NCBI GenBank assembly: GCA_030141605.1
Contig: JAQGDQ010000048.1
Span: 124,001-188,000, forward strand
From: Tubiluchus corallicola
Taxonomy: Eukaryota > Animalia > Priapulida
Direction of reading: 5' to 3'
Length of the DNA stretch: 64,000 bases
Shown: one piece after another, positions 43,222-55,519 of the stretch
Layout of the letters: each line of letters starts with the position of its first letter
Position numbering within the stretch: position 1 is the first letter of the stretch
The notes under the pieces: generated by a model
Told to the model about the DNA's origin: nothing
The model's database searches: none
Seen by the model: the letters and a program-made list of their open reading frames with translations, nothing else
Translations under genes and position numbers: made by a program

Positions 43222-43307
<86 letters not shown>

Positions 43308-46300
43308 AACGATGATGATGACGAAGATGACGGATGCCGACGATGATGACGATGACGGTGATGATGATAATGATGATGATGTAGGTGGTGATGATGATGA
43401 TGATTGTGATGATGATGATTTAAGTTTATTCAAGTTTATTCACCGCACATAATTATTACATCGTCATACAAACACACACTTTTAGTAAGGTTATTTCAGA
43501 GGCTGAAAATTTTAGTCTATTAGTCTGTAAAATATAATTTTAAATCTTGTTCACAAAATGCCTCTGTGTCGCAAATTAGTCTGAAAGCAGACCCTTGTTA
43601 GACTGATTTGACAGTAAAATGAAAAGATTACGAAGAAAAGACATGTAATGAATCAGTTAAATATAAAGCAAGTTAACCAGAGTTTAAAAAGGTTAGTGAA
43701 GAGGGGTTAGTGAGAAGGATCAATATGATAGAGCAAAAACTGAGGATGAAATTGTCATGTAATTAATTACTTGTTATAGTCTGATTTTAGTTCAATGAAA
43801 TCTTGTACTACATATAACTCTCATATTTAGATCCGTAATAACAACAATAGAATCACTATGATGAAATTACGTACTGCTGATATGATAACGATACATCTCC
43901 CTATGATGTTTATCAAGGTTAATTAAAACATTAATCAGCATTGTAATTCTTAAATTTTTCTGACGTAATAAAATTGCAATTTCTTAAGTGATACAATAGT
44001 TTTAATGATAGAATTCAAAGAGTTCCATAATGATGCCCAGTGCATGTAATTAAATGCTTAGCTAGATTTGTTCTGCAGTAATGTACGGCAACATAAATTG
44101 ATTTTGTCTTGTGTTATGGTGTGCAATATTTGTTCTAACTGGTTAAATGAAAGCAGTTAAGAAACAAATCGTTATTAGTTTTATACGTGAAGGTTGCTAC
44201 ATTCAAATTTGCTAGGTCGTCTAATAGTAAGATATTGTTTATCTTGAAATACTGGTACTGACATGGGTGCATTTGCTTAAGTTATAAATTGATCTAATAA
44301 ATTTATGTTGTAATGTTTCAATAGAATTTGATTTGTTTTATATGTTCGACCCTACAAAATAGTACAATCGTTTATAGGTGGTAAAATTAGATTATTGTAT
44401 AATGTGATCAAATGTTTTACTCTCGGACGTTTTTATATGCGTGATAATCCCTAATTTTTAGTTCATTAATGATCACACCCAAAAACTCTATCTCAGTTAC
44501 ATGTTTATTTGGCACTTAGTCGATTTTTGTGGGTGTATTATTAGAAAAGTGATTCAATTTTTTACCACGGGCTCTGATTAATATATATTTGGTTTTTAAT
44601 GCATTAAGCAATAATTTATTGCTTTTAAACCACCTTGATATTGTCTGCAATTCTCTATTAATTGTAATGATATCTTGTTCTAGCATTCTAATGCATGAAA
44701 AAAACTTCTGTCATCTGCAAATTGAAACATTTTAGATTGATTTAGACAGCTTTTTAAATCATTAGTATAAATTAAAAACAAAACTGGGCCCAAAACGGAA
44801 CTCTTGGAATGTAAAAATGTTTACATTCATTGGAAGTTTTATCTGAAACACCTTTCCTAAAGAGACAATTAATATATTTTTAGTTAAAGCTAGAATTATA
44901 TTCTAAGTTTTTGCTATAATATCTATACTCTTATATTAATATTCTTGGTATACATATTTATTTATATATATATATAAGATTCGAGGCTACAGCCCGGACG
45001 AGGGCAGCATTTGCGACGATCTATATATCAAACGAAAGGTCTCGATCTAGTGTCGTGCCATTGATGGTTTATTTTTCAAATCGGGCCCACCGGAAGGAAG
45101 GGGAGGCGAAAAACCTCCAAAAATGGCCCTTTTTCGGCCGTTTTTTGCAAAAGTTATACGGCTGAGATGTAGAGAACGGGAATGGGCTGAGGGTGGTACT
45201 GGGTATGGATAGATAGCCCGTTCAGCGGTGGGTGTAGTAGGCATATTTAGAATTCGCGAGAGGGCCAGGGCGCCCCGCAACGGGAGTTTTCCCGGACCCA
45301 ACTCGCGATTTTTTCGAAATTTTGACCAAACGGCCTGCGGAAAAAACGTTCTAGCGGCGCCCAGTGGGACTCTCGGAAGAAGATATATAGCTCTTTACAA
45401 AGAGGAAGAACAAGGCTACACGATGATACACGATGATGTAGGTTATATTTTAGGGCAGGTCCACCGAGAGGAGTATCAACGAGTTAATTAGATGTTCTAT
45501 TTTTCGCAATTTTCACTTAGAAAACTGCTGACGCGAAACCATTGTTCTGACGTCATCCATTGTACTCTACTCTGCTTATAACTTTAATTCAGCAAAAAGC
45601 TACAGGCTTTGCGTTAGTTAAACAAACAGTAGGCACGATGTTAAGGGCTTTGTGTTATAAATGAGGACTAGGTAGGATGTTCGCGTATTATTGATTACAC
45701 GTGTATTTATACGCAAAATCTTTTGCGGGGCCTTTGCTATTTATTATATTATAGCACATAGTTTCAACTTTGTGAAAAATGTTTGGAATGGTTTTGTTGT
45801 AATGCTGTGCTGTTGGTGCTTGTGCTATAGGTGTCGTCATCATTGCCACCATCATCATCACCATCATCAACATCATGATCACCACGTGAGGTGGTGGATT
45901 TGATGTGGTGTGGTAGTGGTGTGCTTTGTGTGTTGTGCTATGGATGGTTTGGTGGTGTGATAGGGTGTGTGGGGTGTGGTGTGGGTAGTGTGGTATGGAG
46001 TGGGTGGCATGGTGTGTGGGTGGGTGGGTGCTGTGGTGCAGTGTGGTGTTATGGTGTGGTGCAGTGCGGTGTGATGTGGTGGAGTATTATGGTGTAGGTG
46101 ATGTGGTGTGGTGTGTGGGTGGTGCGGTGTGGTGTGGTGCAGTGTGGTGTGATGTGGTGGAGTCGTATGGTGTGGGTGGTGTGGTGTGTGGGTGGTGCGG
46201 TGTGCTGCAGTGGTATGGTGTGGTGCAGTGTGGTGTGATGTGGTGGAGTGGTATGGTGTGGGTGGTGTGGTGTGTAGGTGGGTGGGTGGTGTGGTGCAAT

Positions 46301-49300
46301 GTGGTGTTATGGTGTGGTGCTGTGCAGTGTGAATTGGTGGAGTATTATGGTGTGGGTGGTGTGGTGTGGTGTGTGGGTGGTGCAGTGGTATGGTGTGGTG
46401 CAGTGTGGTGTGATGTGGTGGAGTGGTATGGTGTGGGTGGTGTGGTGTGTAGGTGGTGTGGTGTGGTGCGGTGCAGTGTGGTGTTATGGTGTGGTGCTGT
46501 GTAGTGTGATGTGGTGGAGTATTATGGTGTTTGTGGTGTGGTGTGTGAGTGGTGTGGTGTGTGGGTGGTGCAATGATATGGTGTGGTGCAGTGTGGTGTG
46601 ATGTGGTGGAGTGGTATGGTGTGGGTGGTGTGGTGTGCAGGTGGTATGGTGTGGTGCCGTGCAGTGTGGTGGTATTGTGTGGTGCAGTGTGTGCGATGAG
46701 GTGGAGTGGTATGGTGTGGTGCAGTGTGGTGTGATGAGGTGGAGTGGTGTGATGTGGGTTGTGTGTTGATTTGTGCACAAAATTCTTTTTGTGGGGTTTG
46801 GCTAGTTATTTATTAAAGCTAATTGCGAAGTGTTCTGTATATTTTAAAGAACGTAGTTTTCTGCTGGATGCTAGCTTAATTACATGTTGAATAATCTAAA
46901 GCAGGTGAGTCACTGTTGTCATCCGGTCATTAACTGTATAATTGCCTAAATGCATATGTAAAATAGTAAACAGGGAATAATTCCCTGGGAAAAACCTGTT
47001 AGGTGCGTAAAATGCTGACAACAGATTTTTCTCGCAGAGGTTTTTCCTTGGATTAAGTACTTGTAGAGTACGAAACTGTGCACAAATAAATAGAGTAATT
47101 AGCACTAACTTCACGTTTGTGCCTCAACGTGACGTTTAACATTATTATAATTGTATTTCAATACGTCGTCTAACATTGTAAATAGCATGTAAATAATTAT
47201 TTGCATCATGATGTTTTAATTCATAGTTCCTTGCTTTTATTTCCACAACTAGAACTACATTGAGGATCTGCACACACTAATTTCTTTCTAATAAGACACC
47301 TTTCGCGAACGTCATTTAGAAATAAAAACTTTCAGTCTGATACATTAGAATTCTCACAGACCAAGAGTAACAAAGTTAAATTTAAATTATTAACACAACC
47401 ATCAAAAATTTTAGATTCACGACATGATGCCGAAAGTGGGCACATGCCCAGTTTTAGGTTGGTGGCAGTATCTTGCACTAAAAATGATGATGATGATGAT
47501 GATGACGGTGATTATCATGACCATGATGATGATGATGATAATGATAATAATAATGATAATGATAATGTCAATGAAAATGATAATGATGTTGAACGAAAAA
47601 TGTGTGCACTGGGTTACTTAGGCTACTATGAGAAATTATTAATTAATACTTTTTTGATGTATCATGTTCCTCACTATATAATGAAACACACACAGTTACA
47701 TCGATGGTGACACAATAACTCTGAAATTTGGCTAGTTAACCGCGGTCATACAACCGAATAATTTTTAACAAGCTAAACTCAACTCTATAAGCTAAATAAC
47801 CCGCCTGGCACCTACTATTATGCTCCCAGAATTGTACGTTTATTTGAAAGTCGATAAAAATAATTTAAATATCTTTTTATGGGAGTATATTGTGAGGTTA
47901 TATCAGTATTTTTAATTGTATATTAAAAAACAATGAGTGTTGTTCGAGGGTTGGATGTTCCTTGATGTGGTGTTATTGCACGTACTTTGTCAAATGTTCA
48001 GTAAGTTCCAAGTATCTGGTTCGAAAAAATATATATTTTCGACCTAGCGAACTTGTCAGCAACATTGTGAACCTTAAAATATCCCAGTTAAAACTTTTTA
48101 ACTTCTATGTAATTACATTACCATTCTCATTCCTACTGACCTCTCGCTATCATCATAAAATCAATTCATTAGCCTACCGCTCTGAAGTTCCCGCTATCCA
48201 TTCTACGTAGGCTTCTTCTATATCTGTTCCATTAAAGTACTGATGTTCAGCGAGCTGGTCCGAAAAATAAAAACCATTTAGGCATTCGCAAATGTAGGAA
48301 CCTCTTTTGAATCCCATCCCATAAACTCGTACGCACTGTAAAAAGAACCCAAACCTTATAAGTGAGCGCTTTACATTTTTCAGTTTTTGAAGTGAACTTT
48401 TTCAGTGATAAAAACTAAAAACACTGCAAGTTCGTTCAAGACAAATTCAGAGAAAACAAAAATCTTTAGTTTAGAGTAGCTCTGAGTTGCTATTCTGCTA
48501 AAAGAAAAGTGTACATTGTCACCTTTGATAACTTTCTGATAAATATATACTAACATAGAAACTTAATTAATGGGTATGGTGAGCACAGTTAGCAATGACA
48601 TCACAACCGAAGACGATTTTCAAACGGCAAAAATATTCGGAGAGCATGTTGCAATTGTTCACAAAAGCGAAAATTGAAATACAGTGCTACTGTACAGCAC
48701 TGACTATGATTTGCGCTAACTATGATTGGCAAATTTTATGTTAAATTTAAGTTATTGTAACTTCCAATTTCACTACAAGTGTACGCAACATCAGAACTTG
48801 AGAAGTACAGTGCCTGTTGTTTGTGCAAGGCGTTTCCTAGATGCCGGCGCTGTGCCCATCTAACTAGCGAATGGCGAAATGCACGTAGTAACGAAAAACT
48901 AATGGCGCGAACGTCAACGAAACTTTAGTGGTAACAACTTTTTCGCGTAAATTGTTTTTAAAGAAACAGTATTTCCCTTATAATATTTTATACATTCTAT
49001 CATTTTGAGCTATGGTTTAACATTGGGCCCGGTTTGCCTTTCCGTAATCATTAGTTGATTAACAGCGATATAAGTAGTGAGTTAATTCCTATGCCAAGCC
49101 ATACTGCAATTATTACAGTGGCTGAGTGCCAGATTCTAGAGTACTGTAAGTCGAAATATCGGGCGTTTCAAAAGTTTATATTTTATTAAAATTTAATAGC
49201 AATTTCTACAAGAACCAAATGGCAATTTGATGGCCGAGCCTCCAATTTATGAGTATTTTAGTCATAACAAACTTGGCTTCATAAGTCTATTGCAGCGAAT

Positions 49301-51423
49301 TCAATTTTTCCATAAGTGTCATGTAGGGATTTTACACCATCGCTCTACAGTCAGCAGGACTTCAGAAGAAAACGACGCAAAACTTCAAATGTAGACTCAA
49401 AAAAAATCTCATTTACTGAGTAAGAGGTTACAATACGAAGAACGTCATTAGTTGAAGTTACAAAGAAAACTGGAAATCAAATTAGCGAGGGATTTATGAA
49501 ACACCCTTTATTATATCTTTTGACAAGACGGATTCGTTAAACTCAACGCTAAAGCGCCGTTTTGTACGAACCTTTGTAGACTCTCGGCAACGATGTGTCC
49601 CTCTAAACACATCCACTGTTGTTTCCGTGTCATTTTCATCTAAGTCGCACTGATCGATGTCAATATTGCTAAGGTGAACGTCAAGACCAACAATACCTCT
49701 AAAAAGTATTATATACGATATGTATATGCGTTTCAGTGTTAATGCGCCCGAAAAAAACCTTTATAGCAAATCAAAAGCGTGAACGTACAATAATGGATCT
49801 CCTTTATAGCATACACATATATCACACTCTCAGTGAATTTAAACAACTTTCTACAATATCATAATCTCCTTGCGGAAGCACTACAAATTTAGATCTAAGC
49901 TAAAGCTCTTCCGTATAGCAACGTCGCAAAAACTTGAAAATGTGTAATACCTTCAATTTTAGTTCTGTACTTGTTTCCACAGAGCTGTGGTTGGGTTCAT
50001 AGTCAATAGCTAGCATTACAGGCCACAAAAAAACCATTATGATAACTGCACAAAAACTTCTCGTACATGCTGTTAAATAGCCGGTTTTCTTTATTTCAGA
50101 AAAGTTATTTTTGTTGCGTTAATGTTTCTTATAAATGCATCCAAGCGGACATATGTATATTATCACTCAATAGCCGTTGCCGGCTAACACGAGAAAGTAG
50201 CTTTACTATGGGCTTACATGAATTCCAGTTCATCAACTGTATTAAATTTGCGTCTGAATATAGGCGCAGAGTATGTAACCATCCATATATCTCCTCCCCC
50301 GCAGTCAAAGTACGGTTTTGTCCAATGCCCATCGTCGAGGTCAGCAAAAGGCTCGATGAAAGTTCGAGGTTTCCCGTGAGTATTTCCCGTCGAATTGTAT
50401 CTGAAGTTACAGCATAAAATTTCTTAATAACCAATAATGAGAAAGATAATCAAAGTTCATCTTGTGGAAACTAAAAACCTCGTACTACCTACGTACTAGC
50501 TTCAAGTAAAGACTCAACAAAGCTTCATAGACCATGATAGAATGAAACGAAGTAGATACACGAATTTCATTTTTATGAAGCAGTAGCTTACTTCAATTTT
50601 TATAGATACTCGTATGTGAAGACACTTTTAGCGTACATATGTTGTAAAGGGATGATGCGTAAGGGGATGATGCACACTTAGTTAAACAGAAGAAAAAAGA
50701 AAAAAGAAAATAAAAACAACACCGTTTATAAAACGGAATAAAAAAATGATTTTAACTCGTCGAAAATTTAATGGCAACCAGTACGAGTTTTATTGCAAAA
50801 CTATGTACAGATTGTCAAAAAGCAAAATGTCTAAATTTCCAAATGACTGGAAAATCGTGGATTGCTATGTGCTACACTTGACTCGAAAAAGCCTGCGCAA
50901 GTCGCTAACAGGAAGCTCGTCATGCAGCAAACAAACATTCTTAAAAAATATTCATTATGATTCATTTACCTGGGTCTCAAGTAGACATTCCACGTATGCA
51001 GATTATCATAACTCTGATTATATGGGTGCCACCACCACTCTGTTTGACTATTGTCAAGAAATTTGTACTCCACTGAAATATCATGCACATTTATCCTGCT
51101 CTGCTTCTTGAAAGCATAGGAACAGAACTGACGATAATCCTTATAAATGTATTCCCCAAACGCCACCATGCAACCAAATGTCCGCGGATCGGACTCCACG
51201 TTCGTTCTGGATATGGCAAAGAAAAAGTCGTCCGTGACATATGGAGGAGTTCCATTGTAATATAACCACTGCGACGTGAGAAAGTTGGCAGACCTGACGG
51301 CTATCATGGCGATTTCAGACCAACTAGAGTAGTTGAATTCGATGGAGAGTTGCATGGAGGTTCCTGGGGTACATTCGCTCTTGCTCACCTCTTCTACATA
51401 ATGCAGCGCCGTTCCAGCTTTAT
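35539..51423 (-). CDS. Class C orphan GPCR, GPR158/GPR179 / CG31760-like (Cache ectodomain, EGF-like/Cys-rich linker, 7TM); first and last exons unresolved
   Basis: Exons 50970-51423, 50218-50400, 49572-49698, 48178-48335, 42615-42795, 41924-41992, 41030-41139, 38298-38515, 37830-37968, 37528-37633, 35539-35712, phase-consistent. Motifs: AVRSANFL, GHWTKPYFDCGGGDIWMVTYSAP, IDIDQC...FRGTHRC, GFKRGSYICECLNGFYF, CVPCPPGCDTC, VFKASSPVFL, YGALLLKTWR, APSSFNESKFI, IFLPK at the end of TM7. Confidence 0.9.
36076..37391. mobile_element. Non-autonomous hAT DNA transposon (1316 bp)
   Basis: TIRs CAGGGCACTTTATTTATGACT / AGTCATAAATAAAGTGCCCTG; perfect 8-bp TSD CCTATGGG at 36068-36075 and 37392-37399; subterminal TTTATGAC repeats; no transposase ORF. 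Confidence 0.9.
36792..36887. mobile_element. 96-bp hAT-type MITE nested inside the larger hAT element
   Basis: TIRs TAGGGGTAAGCAT / ATGCTCACCCCTA; perfect 8-bp TSD ACGCCGCT at 36784-36791 and 36888-36895; internal duplicated TTCGGTTCGATTCGAATTCG. Confidence 0.9.
43185..43420. repeat. (GAT)n microsatellite
   Basis: Pure GAT run at ~43222-43305 with degenerate flanks. Confidence 0.95.
43420..44815 (-). mobile_element. Decayed non-LTR retrotransposon (CR1/L2/Crack-group reverse transcriptase relic)
   Basis: Minus-strand translation SVLGPVLFLIYTNDLKSCLNQSKMFQFADD (~44710-44800), INRELQTISRWFKSNKLLLNALKTKYI and EFLGVII; many stops and frameshifts; 3' end with a repeated AATAAACTT at ~43420-43445. 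Confidence 0.8.
44922..46805 (+). mobile_element. Non-autonomous Helitron, copy 1 (in a GPCR intron)
   Basis: Host A | TCTATAC... 5' end; 3' end ...CACAAAA-TTCT-TTTTGTG hairpin (46776-46793) then GGGTTTGGCTAG | T; no TSD; colinear with the copy at 60296-62117. Confidence 0.85.
45888..46768 (+). repeat. GT-rich complex minisatellite inside Helitron copy 1
   Basis: Higher-order ~55-80-bp units built from GTGGT/GTGTG/GCAGT blocks, e.g. GTGGTGCAGTGTGGTGTGATGTGGTGGAGTGGTATGGTGTGGGTG. Confidence 0.9.
47483..47590. repeat. (GAT/AAT)n microsatellite
   Basis: Visible trinucleotide run. Confidence 0.85.
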
Positions 51424-51819
51424 CTACAAAATTACAAACACAAAACTATTTAAGGCTACTCTTATGGAAATAACAAACGCGTACTAAACTTTCAGAAAAA
51501 AAGATGAAAGTAGGACAAGGAGGAGAGATAAGGTCAAACGACAGTTGTGAAATAATTTAGTTCCTCATGCAAAAGTAGCACATAGTGGATATTGTCCAAC
51601 AACATTTCTCATTAAGTTTTCATTCATGGAAGTGGGAAGTTTAATTATAAGCCAAAAACTTAAAAACCATGTTTACCCAAAAGTCAGACAAACAGTTCTA
51701 TTTATAAGCAAAAACAATGAGTCAATGACAACTACATTATAAATATTTCATCAAGAAAAAAGATTCCTCATCTATTAAAATTATTATTTAAGTAACAGTT
51801 CTTCGCTAGTTAGTTTAAA

Positions 51820-51866
51820 TTAGTTTATTTGACATCTATCTATTTATTTCGGCAGTATGGGATATA

Positions 51867-51897
<31 letters not shown>

Positions 51898-52680
51898 AGA
51901 GATAGATATAGAGATAGATATGTATATATATGTAAAAGATTCGAGTCCATAAACTAATACAATAAAATAAATAAAATTACTAAATTTATGATACTAAAAA
52001 TAGTCAATAGGGTGCGGAAGAGGCGCACAGAGCTATACTGCTTAAGTGCGTCTTACAAAGTGATACACAGTATTACAAAATGTTCTAAACAAAGTAATAT
52101 TAAACAACGCATAATACAAATACTGATTTAAATCCAAGGTATTTAAACGTTTCCGAAATAATTTGGCATTCATTGCTGTCCAAAAGATGTCCATTGCATG
52201 TTATGGTACGGAATTCCATACTACACGATTTGAGAAGAAATGACCAAAAGTAGTTTTGGAAACACATCTCATATATAATTTTAGAGGATGATTCCACCTC
52301 GTGTTATCGGCTAGTGCACGCCTAAAAACATGTCAGAGTCTAAATTCACTTCTTTGTGTATAATATTATAACACATGACTAAATCGTTTTTAGACGTCTT
52401 TCTTCAAGAGATTCTAAGCTAGTAGACTTAAGTGTCTCGGGTTAAGATACGTAGTTTAAATTGCATCTATAGAAAACTTTACGTTTGAAATATCTTTGGA
52501 CATTTCCAGCATATCTGTATCGCCATACTGGGATGTAGACCAAGCAGGGGAACAACATTGCCTAACTGGCCTGACTTATACCTTATAGGCCATAAGAAGT
52601 GCATTGCTATCCTTTTTTCGAATGTTCTAAATAATATATTCACACTTCTACTAGCTTTTTTAGAAATTTAATGTACATAT
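51820..52680 (-). mobile_element. Decayed CR1-type LINE 3' fragment
   Basis: Minus-strand remnants LMAYKV-VRPV...CSPAWS (~52530-52600) and LESLEERRLK(N)DLVMCY (~52355-52420), typical of the CR1 ORF2 C-terminus; frameshifted. Confidence 0.55.
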
Positions 52681-52854
52681 CTTTAAAGCAGCGCTGAAGG
52701 CATATTTGATGTTAAAGCTCAAATGATAGCTTTGTCCGCACCTATTTCAGTACACTGTATGCGATAGATGAAAAAATATCATTAACGAAGTGTAGCGTGC
52801 GAAAGTTTAGCGTGACGTCACTGGTATCTCGTGCTGATAGACAAACAGATAGAG

Positions 52855-53120
52855 GGATGGATGGATGGATGGATGGATGGATGGATGGATGGATGGATGG
52901 ATGGATGGATGGATGGATGGATGGATGGATGGATGGATGGATGGATGGATGGAAGGACGGACGGACGGACGGACGGACGGACGGACGGACGGACGGATGG
53001 ATGGATGGGTGGATGCATGGATGGACTGACGGACGGACGGACGGACGGATGGTTGGATGGTTGGATGAATGGAAGGATGGATGGACGGACCGACAGATAG
53101 ACGAACGGACGGACGGGTAG
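52855..53120. repeat. (GGAT)n/(GGAC)n tetranucleotide microsatellite
   Basis: Long visible array. Confidence 0.95.
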
Positions 53121-53426
53121 GCATTCAGACAGACAGATAGATGCTTTGCTTCTCGTTATAAGATACAATTTTTTTAAAAAAAGAAATTGGTTGTCAATAT
53201 GCAAAATTACTGAAAAAAATTATGTTACCATAAAAAGTACCTAATGTTAACAACTCCACAACGGGGTCAACGGGACATCACTTACCAAGACAAAATACAA
53301 AGACAAGGGAAAATGATAATTAATAGCCATTAATATAACGTCGTGGGAAAATACAGTCATTGTCAGCAGGCCTATCAAGATCATGTTTATTTTGTGGTAT
53401 TACGTAGGTTATCATTAGTCTCTTTT

Positions 53427-54061
53427 TTAACTTTTTTTAGAATTTTTCAATGTGGGTTCTTGCTTTTCACTAGATAGTTGGTTATTCCAAAGAGTTATTG
53501 TGGTTTTAACTATGCTATGGTTGTCATATTTGTTTTTAGTAGTAATTTGTTTAACATTGTTAGTCCTGTTGTTTTTCTCTATTGTTTGAAACAGGGGTAG
53601 TTTACTGCTTAAAAACGGTATACTAATATTATGCGTGTATTTGTAGAAGAAATCCATGGTGATTTTGTGAGCGACTAGATTATTGGTATTCTTAAATTTT
53701 CCTGATTGATTGGCTTGATTCATATTTTTGAGGGCGTTTTTGCTGACACCAGTAATGAGTCTCTGGGCACAATTTTGAGAAGTATTTATTTTGTTCAAAA
53801 CTTGCATTTTAGCATTATTGTATAAAATGCGAAGGTAGACCGAAGGTTTTGTTTCAGAGTAGGTTGTCCTTTAACTTGTCGAAAGTAACTAATGCTGATT
53901 GCCATCTTACAGATACTTTCCAGTATAAGATTCCATTTTAATTTGTTATCAACAATTGTTCCCAAGAAATTTGTGTTCGTAGTTTCAGTAATACATGAAG
54001 TTCTCCCGCTAATTTCAAATGTTTTGCTACGAGCATGTGTATATAAAATACTTTTTTGCAC
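53427..54061 (-). mobile_element. Decayed LINE reverse transcriptase C-terminal fragment
   Basis: FLGTIVDNKLKWNLILESICK (post-RT LG..ID..L.W motif) in ORF 53795-54061, continuing in another frame to ...TITLWNNQL; degenerate. Confidence 0.6.
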
Positions 54062-55384
54062 GCGTTATACTTACAAGTATGATAAAATACATATATAAGC
54101 AGTTCGCTAAGGCAGAAGTTCACTAACGTTGGACTACAACCAGCAGGCCTATCCACTATCCAGTGCTGGTATCGCTACAATCGCTGTACATGTATTACGT
54201 TTATGTACATGTAAATTAACATACATCTACACGCGCACACATATGTCGCCTACTAAAAGTCAACGAAATGTACCTTATTTGCATCTTTCATCGATACTTT
54301 ATCCATGCATGGGCTCCAACAAGACCTAGCATGAGTTTCTGAGATAGTAAGGTGAATGTTTATGAACTTAATTGATAACCACTCACCTTATTGCTTAACA
54401 ATCATCTCTTTGCTTGTTGGCTGTTTGAAAAAGAACACTAATAAACTGCTTTTTGAACAAAAAACTTAATTAATATATACTTAAAAATGTTCCTCCTTCT
54501 TTCGTATGTTCGTTCGTTCGTTTATTCGTTCGTTCGTTCGTTCGCTTGTTTGTTTCTCATTAGAAATACCTTACATCTTCGACAATTCTTCATCATAGAG
54601 AGAGAAACGGCGGGAAACGGCGTCTAAACTGTCGATGTCAGTATTTCGACATTCCCATGCGGGGGTCATCATGCAGTCTATGTATTCAAACCTTAAGAAG
54701 TTTCTTCAGGTATCAGTCTTCCTGCCGAACATGCAATATACTACATGCAAATGTTCATTCTGCGTGCATTGCCTTAGTGCGTAATATATTAAAATCCACA
54801 ATGAAATCAACATAGATGGATATTTTTTTGTAAACATTAATTTTGAAATTCCGGACATCTGCGTATTCTCGTCCATGCCTCGACCATATTCAGCTATAAT
54901 TTATTGCCCATCCGTCTGCAGTATGCGATCAGTGTAAGTGTTTTCACTTCTTCACTTTATTTTCGAGTTTTAAGAGTAGAACAACAGACAGGCAGCCAGA
55001 TACAAATTACTGAACTTTATATACGATGTACAAATGAATGACAGCAAGGTCACTGGAGACGTAGCAGGCATCAAGAAGATTGAATTATAGGAAATCGAAC
55101 ACGTGGCAGGTGGGATTTCACTCTTTCTACACCAATTAAGCATTTAAGCTTGCTGTCTCGTTTAATCAGTTCCTACTTAATTAGCCGAATCATTATTGTT
55201 TACTAGAGGTAAAGGGATTAACTAAATATTCCAAAAGTAATTATTGTAATAACGCAGAAATAAATTAGTATAATGCATGATTAATTTAATGAAATTACAC
55301 CTGGGCCCGACTGGTGTTTACTATTATGCGTGACTGTTTGACTTAATTAAGTTCATTCACTTGTTACATGTACTGCTTCTGCTC

Positions 55385-55465
55385 CCTTCTCTGTCTCTCT
55401 CTCTCTCTCTCTCCTCTCTCTCACCCTCTCACCCTCCCTCCCACCCTCTCTCTCTCTCTCTCTCT

Positions 55466-55518
<53 letters not shown>

Positions 55519-55519
55519 C
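55385..55519. repeat. (CT)n microsatellite
   Basis: Visible pyrimidine dinucleotide run. Confidence 0.95.

Noticed and set aside
45047-45301. 84-aa ORF open in both Helitron copies (also 60417-60671)
   Set aside because: It has a non-ATG start, lies in GC-rich sequence, shows many amino-acid changes between copies and has no recognisable domain.
45879-46778. 299-aa His/Thr/Pro-rich ORF and overlapping Val/Trp/Cys/Gly ORFs (also at 61252-62175)
   Set aside because: These are by-products of a stop-poor minisatellite; ORF length and frame are not preserved between the two copies.
52797-53204. GWMD/PSIH repeat ORFs, and poly-M/I/L/N ORFs at 43164-43452 and 63051-63367
   Set aside because: Translations of microsatellites.
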